From the NCBI GenBank assembly GCA_043759365.1, contig JAYVNB010000097.1, forward strand, positions 1 to 45,187: a stretch of 45,187 nucleotides of DNA, written 5' to 3'. This DNA is from Bacteriovoracaceae bacterium. GTDB lineage: Bacteria > Bdellovibrionota > UBA1018. A model generated the notes under the pieces. The model saw nothing but the letters and a program-made list of their open reading frames with translations. It did not search any database and was not told the origin of the DNA. The position numbers were made by a program, and so were the translations under genes. Position 1 is the first letter of the stretch. Every line of letters begins with the position of its first letter. Of this stretch, positions 18,172-26,392 are shown one piece after another.

Positions 18172-19249
18172 ATCCATCTTGGTCCGCGCCCCAAACTGGA
18201 TCGGTGATCAGGTCTTGGCCTATCCCTTTTTCCACCACCTTCGGAAGTCCTATCCAAGAGCCCATATCGGAGTCTCTTGCGTGCAGTGGGTGGCGGAATT
18301 GCAGTTCCGGAACCTAGTCGACGAAACCTTCATCCTCCAAAGACCAGGGTCCGATACCTTTCTGGAAAAACTCGGAGTGATCGAGTTCGCAGCGAAAACT
18401 GTCCGGTCCCGTCGCCAGTGGGATCTCGCGATCACCCTTCCCAATTCGCTTTCGTCGGCATGGTTTCTCTATCGGAGTGGCGCCAGGAGACGTCGGGGAT
18501 ACGGTGTCGAAGGTCGAAGGCTGCTTTTGAACGAATCGATGGCTTGGGACGGGCGCTCGTCGATACACCGGGCTCAGGCCTACCTCGATCTCCTGCCGAG
18601 TGAAGCTCGACCCGCAAGAGCTGCCCAGGAGTTCTGGGGAATCCTCCCTGAAAACGATCTGGATCCGGGAGTGCCAGGGGAGCTCGCGCATTTTCCGGTG
18701 GAAAAGGCTTGGCCGGGTTTCGAACAGATCGAGCCTCCGGCTGAACCTTTTTGGGTTCTGGCCCCGGGATCGACGGCCGAGAGTCGCCGCTGGCCCATTC
18801 CCTACTTCGTGACTTTGGCTCGTCGGATCCGTCAGGAAACCGGCTGGCGGGGAGTCGTGGTTGGCGGGCCCAAGGAGGCCCCACTTGCCGAGGAACTCTG
18901 TCGAGACTCCACGTTGGGATTGCGTGATTTAGTCGCGCGAGGCCCTGTACCTTCGCTCGCAAAGGTGTTCCAGGATTCGAAGTTCACCGTTACGAACGAA
19001 TCAGGGCTTGCCCACGTGGCGGCTTTGTGTGGATCCTTTGTCCAGATCGTCTGCGGTGCAGCCGATCCCAAGCGGACGACACCGCTCGGGCCGGGAAGGG
19101 TGCGTGTCGCCATCAATCCGGTCGAGTGCTGGCCCTGTGAGCGGAACACCTGCTCCCAGCCCGCCGGGCTTAAGTTGCAGTGCCTTCGAGGGATCGAGCC
19201 TGAAATGGTCTGGGAGGAGATCAAGCGTGGAATCCGACTTCGCCCCTAA
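18152..19249 (+). CDS. waaF: ADP-heptose:LPS heptosyltransferase (GT9), WaaF-like
   Basis: ILVRAPNWIGDQVLAYPFFHHLRKSYP N-terminal motif and a C-terminal TNESGLAHVAAL nucleotide-sugar region. Overlaps the upstream gene by 20 nt. Confidence 0.75.
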   Translation: MPLSPPESILVRAPNWIGDQVLAYPFFHHLRKSYPRAHIGVSCVQWVAELQFRNLVDETFILQRPGSDTFLEKLGVIEFAAKTVRSRRQWDLAITLPNSLSSAWFLYRSGARRRRGYGVEGRRLLLNESMAWDGRSSIHRAQAYLDLLPSEARPARAAQEFWGILPENDLDPGVPGELAHFPVEKAWPGFEQIEPPAEPFWVLAPGSTAESRRWPIPYFVTLARRIRQETGWRGVVVGGPKEAPLAEELCRDSTLGLRDLVARGPVPSLAKVFQDSKFTVTNESGLAHVAALCGSFVQIVCGAADPKRTTPLGPGRVRVAINPVECWPCERNTCSQPAGLKLQCLRGIEPEMVWEEIKRGIRLRP

Positions 19250-20453
19250 GAGTCCCCTGAAGAAGGATCTACCTGAACTCGTCGAGTCGCTCCGAGGACG
19301 GGTCAATGAGCTTGTCATCTGCCTCTCGCACTCCTGGGGTGGGTTGGAGCAGGTGGCTGCTGCGGATGCGATCGACCGGGGAGCGCTTGGACTTCCGGTT
19401 CAAGTCATGTGTCTTGAAGGCACCCCGATCCACGAGAGCCTCGCGCACCGCAAGGAAGTATCGGTGATCCCCCTCAATTTCCGTCCCAGGGACTACTTCG
19501 ATTTCAAGCTCAAGTCGGAGCTACTCCATCTATTTGGTCAAGGCGTAAACCTCGTCCACACGCATCAGACCTCGATCCTGGGTTCAATTACTCCCTGGCT
19601 CTGGAGCCGACCCCAGATCGCAGCCTTCGCCTCTCGGCACATCATGAACAGTCACAACAAGCGCACCTTCTTTCATCGCGCGATCTATAGCCGCCTCGAC
19701 GGGTTGCTCGTCATGAGTCAAACCTTGCGCCAAAATGTGATCGATACCCATCCGCTCCGGGAGCGGATGGTGAAGGTCGTCAACCTGGGTTTGGATTTCG
19801 AGGTCTTTGACCCGAACCGTGTCGACCCCAGTCGACAGCGCGCGGCTTGGGGCGCGGACTCCGAAACCATCGTCATTGGACTCGTGGGACGCATTGACCC
19901 GGCCAAGGGGCAATCAACCTTCATCAAGGCTGCGGCGGGACTCATCAAGGCATTGGGTTCTGGTCGGAAGCTCAAGTTTGTGATGGTGGGGGAGGAAACC
20001 TTGGGCAGGGCCTCCAATCACCTGGAGGAACTGAAAGCCATGGTCGCCCAGTTCAGGATCGAGGACAGCGTCTTGTTCGCCGGTTATCAGGAGAACATCC
20101 CGGAAGTGATGCGCTCCTTCGATATCCTCGTCATGCCGTCCCGCCAGGAGGCGTTCGGCCTAGTGGCGATCGAGGCGATGGCGATGGAGTGCCCGATTGT
20201 CATCTCGCGCGGGGGGAGCGCGGCTGAAATCGTCGGAGAGGAGGAGTTTGGGCTCCTGATTCGTCCAGAGGATGCGTTCGATCTTCAGCGACAACTCAAG
20301 ACGTTGGCCGATCAGCCTGAAATGCGCTTGACGATGGGTCGAAAAGCCCGGAGCCACGTGAAGTCGAATTATGATCGGAAGGTGAGGATCCATCGCACAC
20401 TCGACCTGTACGAGAGGGCCCTCCGGAGACGGAAAATCTTCTCCGAGACCTGA
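19227..20453 (+). CDS. Glycosyltransferase family 4 (GT-B)
   Basis: GTG 19227 is codon 74 of ORF 19008..20453, preceded by gggaggag, and overlaps the waaF end by 23 nt. WGGLEQV near the N-terminus and the EAFGLVAIEAMAMECPIV (E-x7-E) motif. Confidence 0.8.
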   Translation: MESDFAPKSPLKKDLPELVESLRGRVNELVICLSHSWGGLEQVAAADAIDRGALGLPVQVMCLEGTPIHESLAHRKEVSVIPLNFRPRDYFDFKLKSELLHLFGQGVNLVHTHQTSILGSITPWLWSRPQIAAFASRHIMNSHNKRTFFHRAIYSRLDGLLVMSQTLRQNVIDTHPLRERMVKVVNLGLDFEVFDPNRVDPSRQRAAWGADSETIVIGLVGRIDPAKGQSTFIKAAAGLIKALGSGRKLKFVMVGEETLGRASNHLEELKAMVAQFRIEDSVLFAGYQENIPEVMRSFDILVMPSRQEAFGLVAIEAMAMECPIVISRGGSAAEIVGEEEFGLLIRPEDAFDLQRQLKTLADQPEMRLTMGRKARSHVKSNYDRKVRIHRTLDLYERALRRRKIFSET

Positions 20454-20463
20454 GAAAACGATC

Positions 20464-20952
20464 TCAGTCCCGGGTCGGCGATCCGCTGAGGTCGAGGGTG
20501 TTGGGGACGTCGGGGTCTGAATTGTCGGAGATGGCGATCGACCAGAAGCCTTCTGGATGACCGAAGCAGTCTCGGGCGGCGGTTGTTTCCGTTAACTGGA
20601 TCGTGAGGAGTCCAAGAGGGCTCCTGGGGTCGGTAAATGCGGTCCAGGTCCGGTTGCCGCAGCGAGAAGGGGAGGGAGAGGCGGGGTTGGAGAAAACAAG
20701 GTGCACAGGTCCGTCGATTGGCGACGTGTAATCCACATCGATGGATGTGACTTGGCCTGATGAAACGACCCCATTCATCTCCACGGTAGCCGTATGGACC
20801 CCTTGGAAGGTATCCGATGACCCTCCCGAGGACGTGCCATTCAGAACGCCCTGGGCCAATAAATCGGAAGCCTCACGAGCCAAAGCACTTCCGGCGATCG
20901 CTGCCAAGCCCAGCGCGAAACACAAGAGGGTGGGACGAACACTCGTTCTCAT
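20464..20952 (-). CDS. Hypothetical secreted protein
   Basis: ATG at 20952 (codon 15 of ORF) gives the signal peptide MRTSVRPTLLCFALGLAAIAGSALA. No family recognised. Convergent with the GT4 gene, with 10 nt between the stop codons. Confidence 0.55.
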   Translation of the reverse strand: MRTSVRPTLLCFALGLAAIAGSALAREASDLLAQGVLNGTSSGGSSDTFQGVHTATVEMNGVVSSGQVTSIDVDYTSPIDGPVHLVFSNPASPSPSRCGNRTWTAFTDPRSPLGLLTIQLTETTAARDCFGHPEGFWSIAISDNSDPDVPNTLDLSGSPTRD

Positions 20953-21127
20953 AGTGCCTCCAATACGCAGCGGTGCTGGGTCTGACAATGACAAATTAAA
21001 TAGGAATGCCCCCGGAGTTTAAAAACTTGGGTTTCCGAAGGTTTCGAATGCAGGGGACCTTGCTTTTGTACGGGTCTTTCAAGTCTGGGTCGCCGCGTCC
21101 AGAAGGCCTCCGGAGGGGAGTTTCCTT

Positions 21128-21157
21128 TTGACAAAGAGAGGTTATCTCTCCTATACC
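21128..21157 (+). promoter_or_regulatory. Candidate sigma70-type promoter for rpsA
   Basis: TTGACA (21128-21133), an 18-nt spacer containing the inverted repeat gagag-gttat-ctctc, then TATACC (21152-21157). Lies about 165 nt upstream of the rpsA ATG. Confidence 0.3.
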
Positions 21158-21322
21158 TACCCAATCGCAGGATCTGGCAGTAAGCTGATGGATCCTGCCG
21201 AGGCGAGCTCTCATCCGATACTGCTTTGCGGTATCGAGGGCCGCCTCACCGTCCGATTTCTGGTTTCGTCGTTTTGACGACGAGATCCATGAGCGGGCAA
21301 AGAAAGGTCCCAAGAATACCGT

Positions 21323-23152
21323 ATGGTAAGTAAGCAAACCGTTGGAGATGATATCTCCACAAAATCGCAGTCTCGTCCGAAGAACCAAAGCTGGATGGAC
21401 GAGTTCTCGTCCTTCGCTGGTCCCGAGGAAGATGCGAACTCCGGACTGACCGACGACGAAGAGAATTTCGCCGAGCTCTTCGAGGCGTCCCAGAAACAAC
21501 AAGAAATCAAAGAAGGCGAAGTCGTCGACGGCACCGTTGTCTCGGTCGGATCCGAGTACGTAACGGTTGACATCGGCTACAAGTGCGAAGGCCTCGTGCC
21601 GATCCAGGAATTCAAGGATGCCTACGGCGTCGCGCATGTCGCGGTCGCTGATGTGGTCTCCGTCTACCTGGAGCGCATGGAGATGGACAACGGCTTCATG
21701 CTCCTCTCGAAGGACAAGGCCGAGATCATCCGCGCTTGGGACGAGATTTCCCAGGCCTGCGAGAAGGATCAGCTCGTCGAAGGTACCGTCATCGCCAAAG
21801 TCAAAGGTGGCTTGTCCGTCGACATCGGCGTCAAGGCGTTCCTGCCCGGCTCCCAGATCGACACCAAGCCGGTCAAGAACCTCGACAAGTTCCTGGGCAA
21901 GAAGCTCAAGTTCAAGATCATCAAGTTCAACAAAAAGCGCGGCAATATCGTTCTCTCTCGCCGCGCAGTCGTTGCACAGGAGCGCGAGCTTCAGCGTGCA
22001 GAGACCTTGGCCAATCTCCAGGAGGGCATGATTGTGACCGGTACGGTGAAGAACATCACCGAGTACGGCGCCTTCATCGACCTGGGCGGCATGGACGGAC
22101 TCCTCCACATCACCGACATGAGCTGGGGCCGCATCAAGCACCCGAGCGAACTGTTCGCTGTGGGCGACGACGTAAAAGTGAAGATTCTCAAGTACGACCG
22201 CGAAAAAGAGCGCGTCTCCTTGGGCCTCAAGCAAGTCACCGCCAACCCTTGGGACGATGCGGAATACAAGTTCCCAGTCGGTGTTAAGGTCAAAGGCAAA
22301 GTCGTTTCGCTGAAAGACTACGGCGCGTTCGTGGAACTGGAAGACGGCATCGAAGGCCTGATCCATGTCTCCGAAATGTCGTGGACCGAGCGCGTGAAGC
22401 ATCCTTCCAAAGTCATCAACGTCGGCGACGAAGTGGAATGCAAAGTTCTGGAAGTCGACTCCAAGCAGAAGCGTATTTCTTTGGGACTCAAGCAGCTCCA
22501 GACGAATCCTTGGGACGAATTGGAAGTCAAATTCCCGATCGGCACCATCGTTGAAGAAGGCGAAGTCAAGTCGGTCACCGACTTCGGCGTGTTCGTCGAC
22601 ATCGGCATGGGCATCGACGGTCTTGTCCACGTTTCGGATCTGGCCTGGACGAAGAAATTCGCCCATCCTTCCGAGAAGTACAAGAAAGGCGACAAGATCC
22701 GCGCAGTGGTTCTCGGCATCGATAAAGCCGCTGAGAAGTTCTCGCTCGGCATCAAGCAACTGGATCGCGATCCTTGGGATTCGATCAAGTCCCGCTATCG
22801 CCAAGGCCAGGCTGTCGACGGCCTCGTGACCAAGCTCACCGACTTCGGCGCCTTCGTGGAAATCGAAGAAGGCGTAGAAGGCCTGATCTACGTCAGCGAG
22901 ATCGCCGATCACCGCATCGAGAAGCCTTCGGACGTTCTGAAGGCCGGCGACAAGGTTCGCGCCGAGATCCTCTCGATCGAGCCGAAAGAGCGCCGCATCG
23001 GCCTCTCGATCAAGCAACTCGGTCGTTCGGAAGAACGCGCCAACTACGAGAAGTACGCCACCGACGGCGCCAAGAAAAACACCATGGGTGATCTCTTCGG
23101 CGACAAGTTGAAAGCTGCTCTCACCAAGGGCAAGGGCGAAGGCGAGAGCTGA
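21323..23152 (+). CDS. rpsA: 30S ribosomal protein S1
   Basis: Six S1 (OB) repeats readable by eye (e.g. GMIVTGTVKNITEYGAFIDLGGMDGLLHITDMSW, VKVKGKVVSLKDYGAFVELEDGIEGLIHVSEMSW). The start could also be the internal ATG at 21395. Confidence 0.93.
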   Translation: MVSKQTVGDDISTKSQSRPKNQSWMDEFSSFAGPEEDANSGLTDDEENFAELFEASQKQQEIKEGEVVDGTVVSVGSEYVTVDIGYKCEGLVPIQEFKDAYGVAHVAVADVVSVYLERMEMDNGFMLLSKDKAEIIRAWDEISQACEKDQLVEGTVIAKVKGGLSVDIGVKAFLPGSQIDTKPVKNLDKFLGKKLKFKIIKFNKKRGNIVLSRRAVVAQERELQRAETLANLQEGMIVTGTVKNITEYGAFIDLGGMDGLLHITDMSWGRIKHPSELFAVGDDVKVKILKYDREKERVSLGLKQVTANPWDDAEYKFPVGVKVKGKVVSLKDYGAFVELEDGIEGLIHVSEMSWTERVKHPSKVINVGDEVECKVLEVDSKQKRISLGLKQLQTNPWDELEVKFPIGTIVEEGEVKSVTDFGVFVDIGMGIDGLVHVSDLAWTKKFAHPSEKYKKGDKIRAVVLGIDKAAEKFSLGIKQLDRDPWDSIKSRYRQGQAVDGLVTKLTDFGAFVEIEEGVEGLIYVSEIADHRIEKPSDVLKAGDKVRAEILSIEPKERRIGLSIKQLGRSEERANYEKYATDGAKKNTMGDLFGDKLKAALTKGKGEGES

Positions 23153-23206
23153 TTTCGCAGTGAGGTCGACCGAAAGGTCGTCCTCTCCCACCTTGAAAAG
23201 TATGAG

Positions 23207-23238
23207 CGCCGCATCGGGATTCCCGATGCGGCGTTTTT
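23207..23238 (+). terminator. Rho-independent terminator of rpsA
   Basis: Perfect 12-bp GC-rich stem cgccgcatcggg (23207-23218) / cccgatgcggcg (23222-23233), a 3-nt loop, then ttttt (23234-23238). Confidence 0.85.
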
Positions 23239-23352
23239 CATGGAGTTGACCTTGGGCGGAACTTGTCGAAAGTTTGAGCATTCGATCGATCTCAAGGAGT
23301 TCGTGCTCCCGCCTGGTCCCTTGGGGGCCGGTTCAACTCGCTGAAACTTCAA

Positions 23353-24052
23353 ATGAAATGGGTGGGCGTCTGCGGCATATCGCTTGCTCTATCCCACCTC
23401 ATGAAACTGAGACTTTTCGGTAGGAGCATCGCGCGCTTCGGATTGATGTCACTCACCCTGGCTGCAGGAGCCAGCGTCGGAGTCGCTGGTTTCGCGCGAG
23501 TCCAAGCGGAGGCCTCGAGGAATCCTTCTTCATCCGACCTCGGTGGACGGGAAACTTTCCAGACTTTGTCGCCCGAGGAGGTTCTTAAGTACTCGAAAGA
23601 TGCGGGGTACATCACCACGCGGATTCGGCAGCTGGCCGAAGCGAATCGCCGATGCAGCATTCGTCACGGGCAACATCGCGAGTGTCGCGAGTTCACGGTC
23701 AGTTTCGAGCAAGGACTGGATCCGCGGATTTTTCGGACGCGAACCTTTGAATGCCCAAGGGACGTTGGGAGAACAGATGGGCAATGCGCTCATGTCCCGG
23801 CGATCGAAGAACTATGAGCTCGAAGCGGATGCTTTCGGGATGAAGCTTTCGCACGAGACCCTCGGGTGGGAGCCGACGCGCGCCTATGTCACGTTCCGCA
23901 GGCTCTATAGCCTGATCGACCAGAACCGGATCTACAATCCGGTGGGCGACCTGCTTCACCAGGATATTCACCCTGCTTACCGGACTCATCCGGAGTTGAG
24001 TCGTCGAGTCGAAGCCGCAAGCCGCGTCGCTGAAGCAATCGATCAGTTTTAG
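23353..24052 (+). pseudogene. M48-like peptidase homologue split over two reading frames, with a degenerate HExxH
   Basis: Frame 1 (23353..23817) gives a signal peptide (MKLRLFGRSIARFGLMSLTLAAGASVGVAGFARVQA) and a protein-like sequence to about 23645. Frame 2 (23543..24052) becomes protein-like from ..RIADAAFVTGNIAS.. and carries SRRSKNYELEADAFG and THPELSRRV, both M48 C-terminal signatures. The expected L-x-HExxH position reads LGEQMGN. Confidence 0.4.
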
Positions 24053-24153
24053 GTGGGCTTTCAAGCGGCAGGTGAGACCTGCCGTCGAGGGCGTCCTGGC
24101 AAAAACGTGAGACTAGCCGTGCGGGAAGCGCAAAACTGAGATAGCCTGTGGCC

Positions 24154-24930
24154 ATGAAAAGATACTCGTGGATGGTGGCAGCTGTCGCTTCGATGGGCCT
24201 GGTTTCCTGCGCATCCTCTACGACTCGGCCCCCGGGATCCCTTGCACCCGTCAAGTCCTCCACTGCCTCTTCAGGGCCTGGATCGATTCCGGTCGAAGCC
24301 GAGCATTATTCAAAAGCAATCGACGCGGTGCTGGACAATAAACGGCTTCGGCAGAATATCGAAGAAGTCTATGAGTCGGGACTTGCCGCTTCCGCTCGGG
24401 TCAGCAGCGTCGTGGAGCGACTTTCGGATGAGGACTTCAGTCGACTTCAAGGGTTGATGAAAGGTTTCGACGTCATGCGCATCGAATATGCAGGCGCCCT
24501 GCCTTCTTCGGCCTACTTTCTCAAGCTTGCCCAGGAGAAGGGCCGACCCGAAGATCGGGAGTTTTTCCAGACCTTGAACGCCACGCGTCCCGGCGGGCCG
24601 TTTCCGATGTATGCTGAATCGATCACGGATTATACTTCCTGCCTGCGGTTCGGCAGTGGAAAAATGGTCGAGCTCTATGGCTACTGGAAGGGCTATCAAC
24701 TCAAGCACAGAAAGTATTACGTGGCGGAAGTGAAGCAGGAGCTGGGGGCGCTCCAGGATGCGCTGGCGCAGGGAACATGCGCCTGCGGAGAAAAAGCTTC
24801 GGTCTTGAAAGAGCTTCAGGATTTCACGGATCGATACGGCGGGGACCCTTTCATCGAAAAGGTACGCGGACGACTGCAGGATGCCAAGGCAGATCGCGCT
24901 GGATTCCAATACAACTGCCGTCCCAGCTGA
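24154..24930 (+). CDS. Hypothetical lipoprotein
   Basis: MKRYSWMVAAVASMGLVSCASS has a canonical lipobox (LVSC). No family recognised. Sits immediately upstream of tldD. Confidence 0.65.
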   Translation: MKRYSWMVAAVASMGLVSCASSTTRPPGSLAPVKSSTASSGPGSIPVEAEHYSKAIDAVLDNKRLRQNIEEVYESGLAASARVSSVVERLSDEDFSRLQGLMKGFDVMRIEYAGALPSSAYFLKLAQEKGRPEDREFFQTLNATRPGGPFPMYAESITDYTSCLRFGSGKMVELYGYWKGYQLKHRKYYVAEVKQELGALQDALAQGTCACGEKASVLKELQDFTDRYGGDPFIEKVRGRLQDAKADRAGFQYNCRPS

Positions 24931-24946
24931 GCTACAGTCACTCCCA

Positions 24947-26392
24947 ATGATCCAGAAAAACCTTAAGCTCGCAATCGAGAATCTTTCGTTCAAGGACGTT
25001 GATTGGGTCGGGATGCGGCATGTCCGCGAGATCACGACTGAGCGCTTCATTCGTGACGGTAAACCCCAGGCCAACGATACTTCGAAGTCGGAAGGCGTGA
25101 TGGTCGAGGTACTGGCCAACGGGCAGTTCGGCTATGCGGCGACAGGGCGACTGGATCCGGAGAGTCTGCAGGCAGCTGCCCAAGTGGCCCGTGCTCAGGC
25201 GATCCAAGCGTCGCAGTTCGCGGTGTTTCGATTCTCGACCCAGCAGAGGCCGCAGGTCACGACGCAGTTTGACTCACCCGTTCTTCGTCCTTTGGCCTCG
25301 CTTCAGGCGGGCGAGCTCAACGATACTTTGGTGAAAATCTCCGAGAAACTCAAAATTTCCCAGAAAATCATCCGCACCGAGGCCTATGCCCGGTTGGTCG
25401 AGATGGAAACCCATTTCGTGAGTTCCAATGGTTCGGACGCCCGCCAAAGCTTTCAGATGATCACGAGCGATTTCCAGGCGACTGCCCAGGATGGAAACGT
25501 GGTCCAGAAGCGAACTGACGGCGGACTGCGTGGTCGAAGCTATCAGGGAGGATGGGAGTTCCTGTTCACCGACGACCTCTGGGCCCGAGTTCAAAAAGTG
25601 GGTGAGCAGGCGCTTGAACTGCTCGCGGCGTCGGAGTGCCCTACGGAAACCACGAATCTGGTCATCATGCCCGATCAGATGATGCTTCAGATCCATGAGA
25701 GCATTGGGCACCCGCTTGAGATTGACAGAATCCTGGGTGATGAGCGCAATTACGCGGGTTGGTCCTTCGTCAATCTCGAGGACTTCGGGAAACTTAAATA
25801 CGGTTCGAGCCTGATGAATGTCACTTTCGACCCGACCGTGCGCACTGAGTACGCAAGTTATGCTTTCGATGACACGGGGACCCCTTCTACGCGCGAGTTC
25901 CTGATTCGCGACGGGTTGCTGGAGCGCGGCCTCGGAGGCCTAGAAAGCCAAGCCCGGTCGGGAATCAAAGGAGTCGCCAACCAGCGGGCGTCCTCTTGGA
26001 ACCGGGCACCGATCGACCGAATGGCCAACATCAACCTCGAGTTCGGCGCATCTTCGATGGAGGACATCATCGGAGGCATCGATAGCGGGATCCTGATGGA
26101 ATCCAACCGGTCCTGGTCGATCGACGACTTCCGAAACAAGTTCCAGTTCGGTTGCGAGTTCGGACGGAGGATCAGGAACGGCAAACTCGCCGAAGTGGTC
26201 CGCAATCCCAACTACCGTGGAGTGACCGTTCCGTTTTGGAGCAGCCTCAAAAAAGTGGGGGATCGCTCGACTGTCGGACTTTATGGAACCCCCTTTTGCG
26301 GAAAGGGGGAGCCCAACCAGGCCATTCGGGTCGGCCACTCCTCTCCGGTCTGTCTCTTCGAGAACGTAGAAGTGTTCGGAGGTGCATCGTGA
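24947..26392 (+). CDS. tldD: Metalloprotease TldD
   Basis: ATG 24947 is codon 23 of ORF 24881..26392. HESIGHPLEIDRILGDERNYAG contains the TldD HExxxH metal site. About 480 aa. Confidence 0.88.
   Translation: MIQKNLKLAIENLSFKDVDWVGMRHVREITTERFIRDGKPQANDTSKSEGVMVEVLANGQFGYAATGRLDPESLQAAAQVARAQAIQASQFAVFRFSTQQRPQVTTQFDSPVLRPLASLQAGELNDTLVKISEKLKISQKIIRTEAYARLVEMETHFVSSNGSDARQSFQMITSDFQATAQDGNVVQKRTDGGLRGRSYQGGWEFLFTDDLWARVQKVGEQALELLAASECPTETTNLVIMPDQMMLQIHESIGHPLEIDRILGDERNYAGWSFVNLEDFGKLKYGSSLMNVTFDPTVRTEYASYAFDDTGTPSTREFLIRDGLLERGLGGLESQARSGIKGVANQRASSWNRAPIDRMANINLEFGASSMEDIIGGIDSGILMESNRSWSIDDFRNKFQFGCEFGRRIRNGKLAEVVRNPNYRGVTVPFWSSLKKVGDRSTVGLYGTPFCGKGEPNQAIRVGHSSPVCLFENVEVFGGAS

Noticed and set aside
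20450-20467. Hairpin ctgaga-aaacga-tctcag spanning both convergent stop codons (GT4 gene and secreted protein)
   Set aside because: The stem is only 6 bp and AT-containing, with no flanking T/A runs. That is too weak to call a bidirectional terminator.
20996-23281. 761-aa minus-strand ORF, the longest on that strand
   Set aside because: It lies exactly antisense to rpsA. Its D/L/V/A/E-rich shadow composition has no motifs, whereas the plus frame shows six clean S1 repeats.
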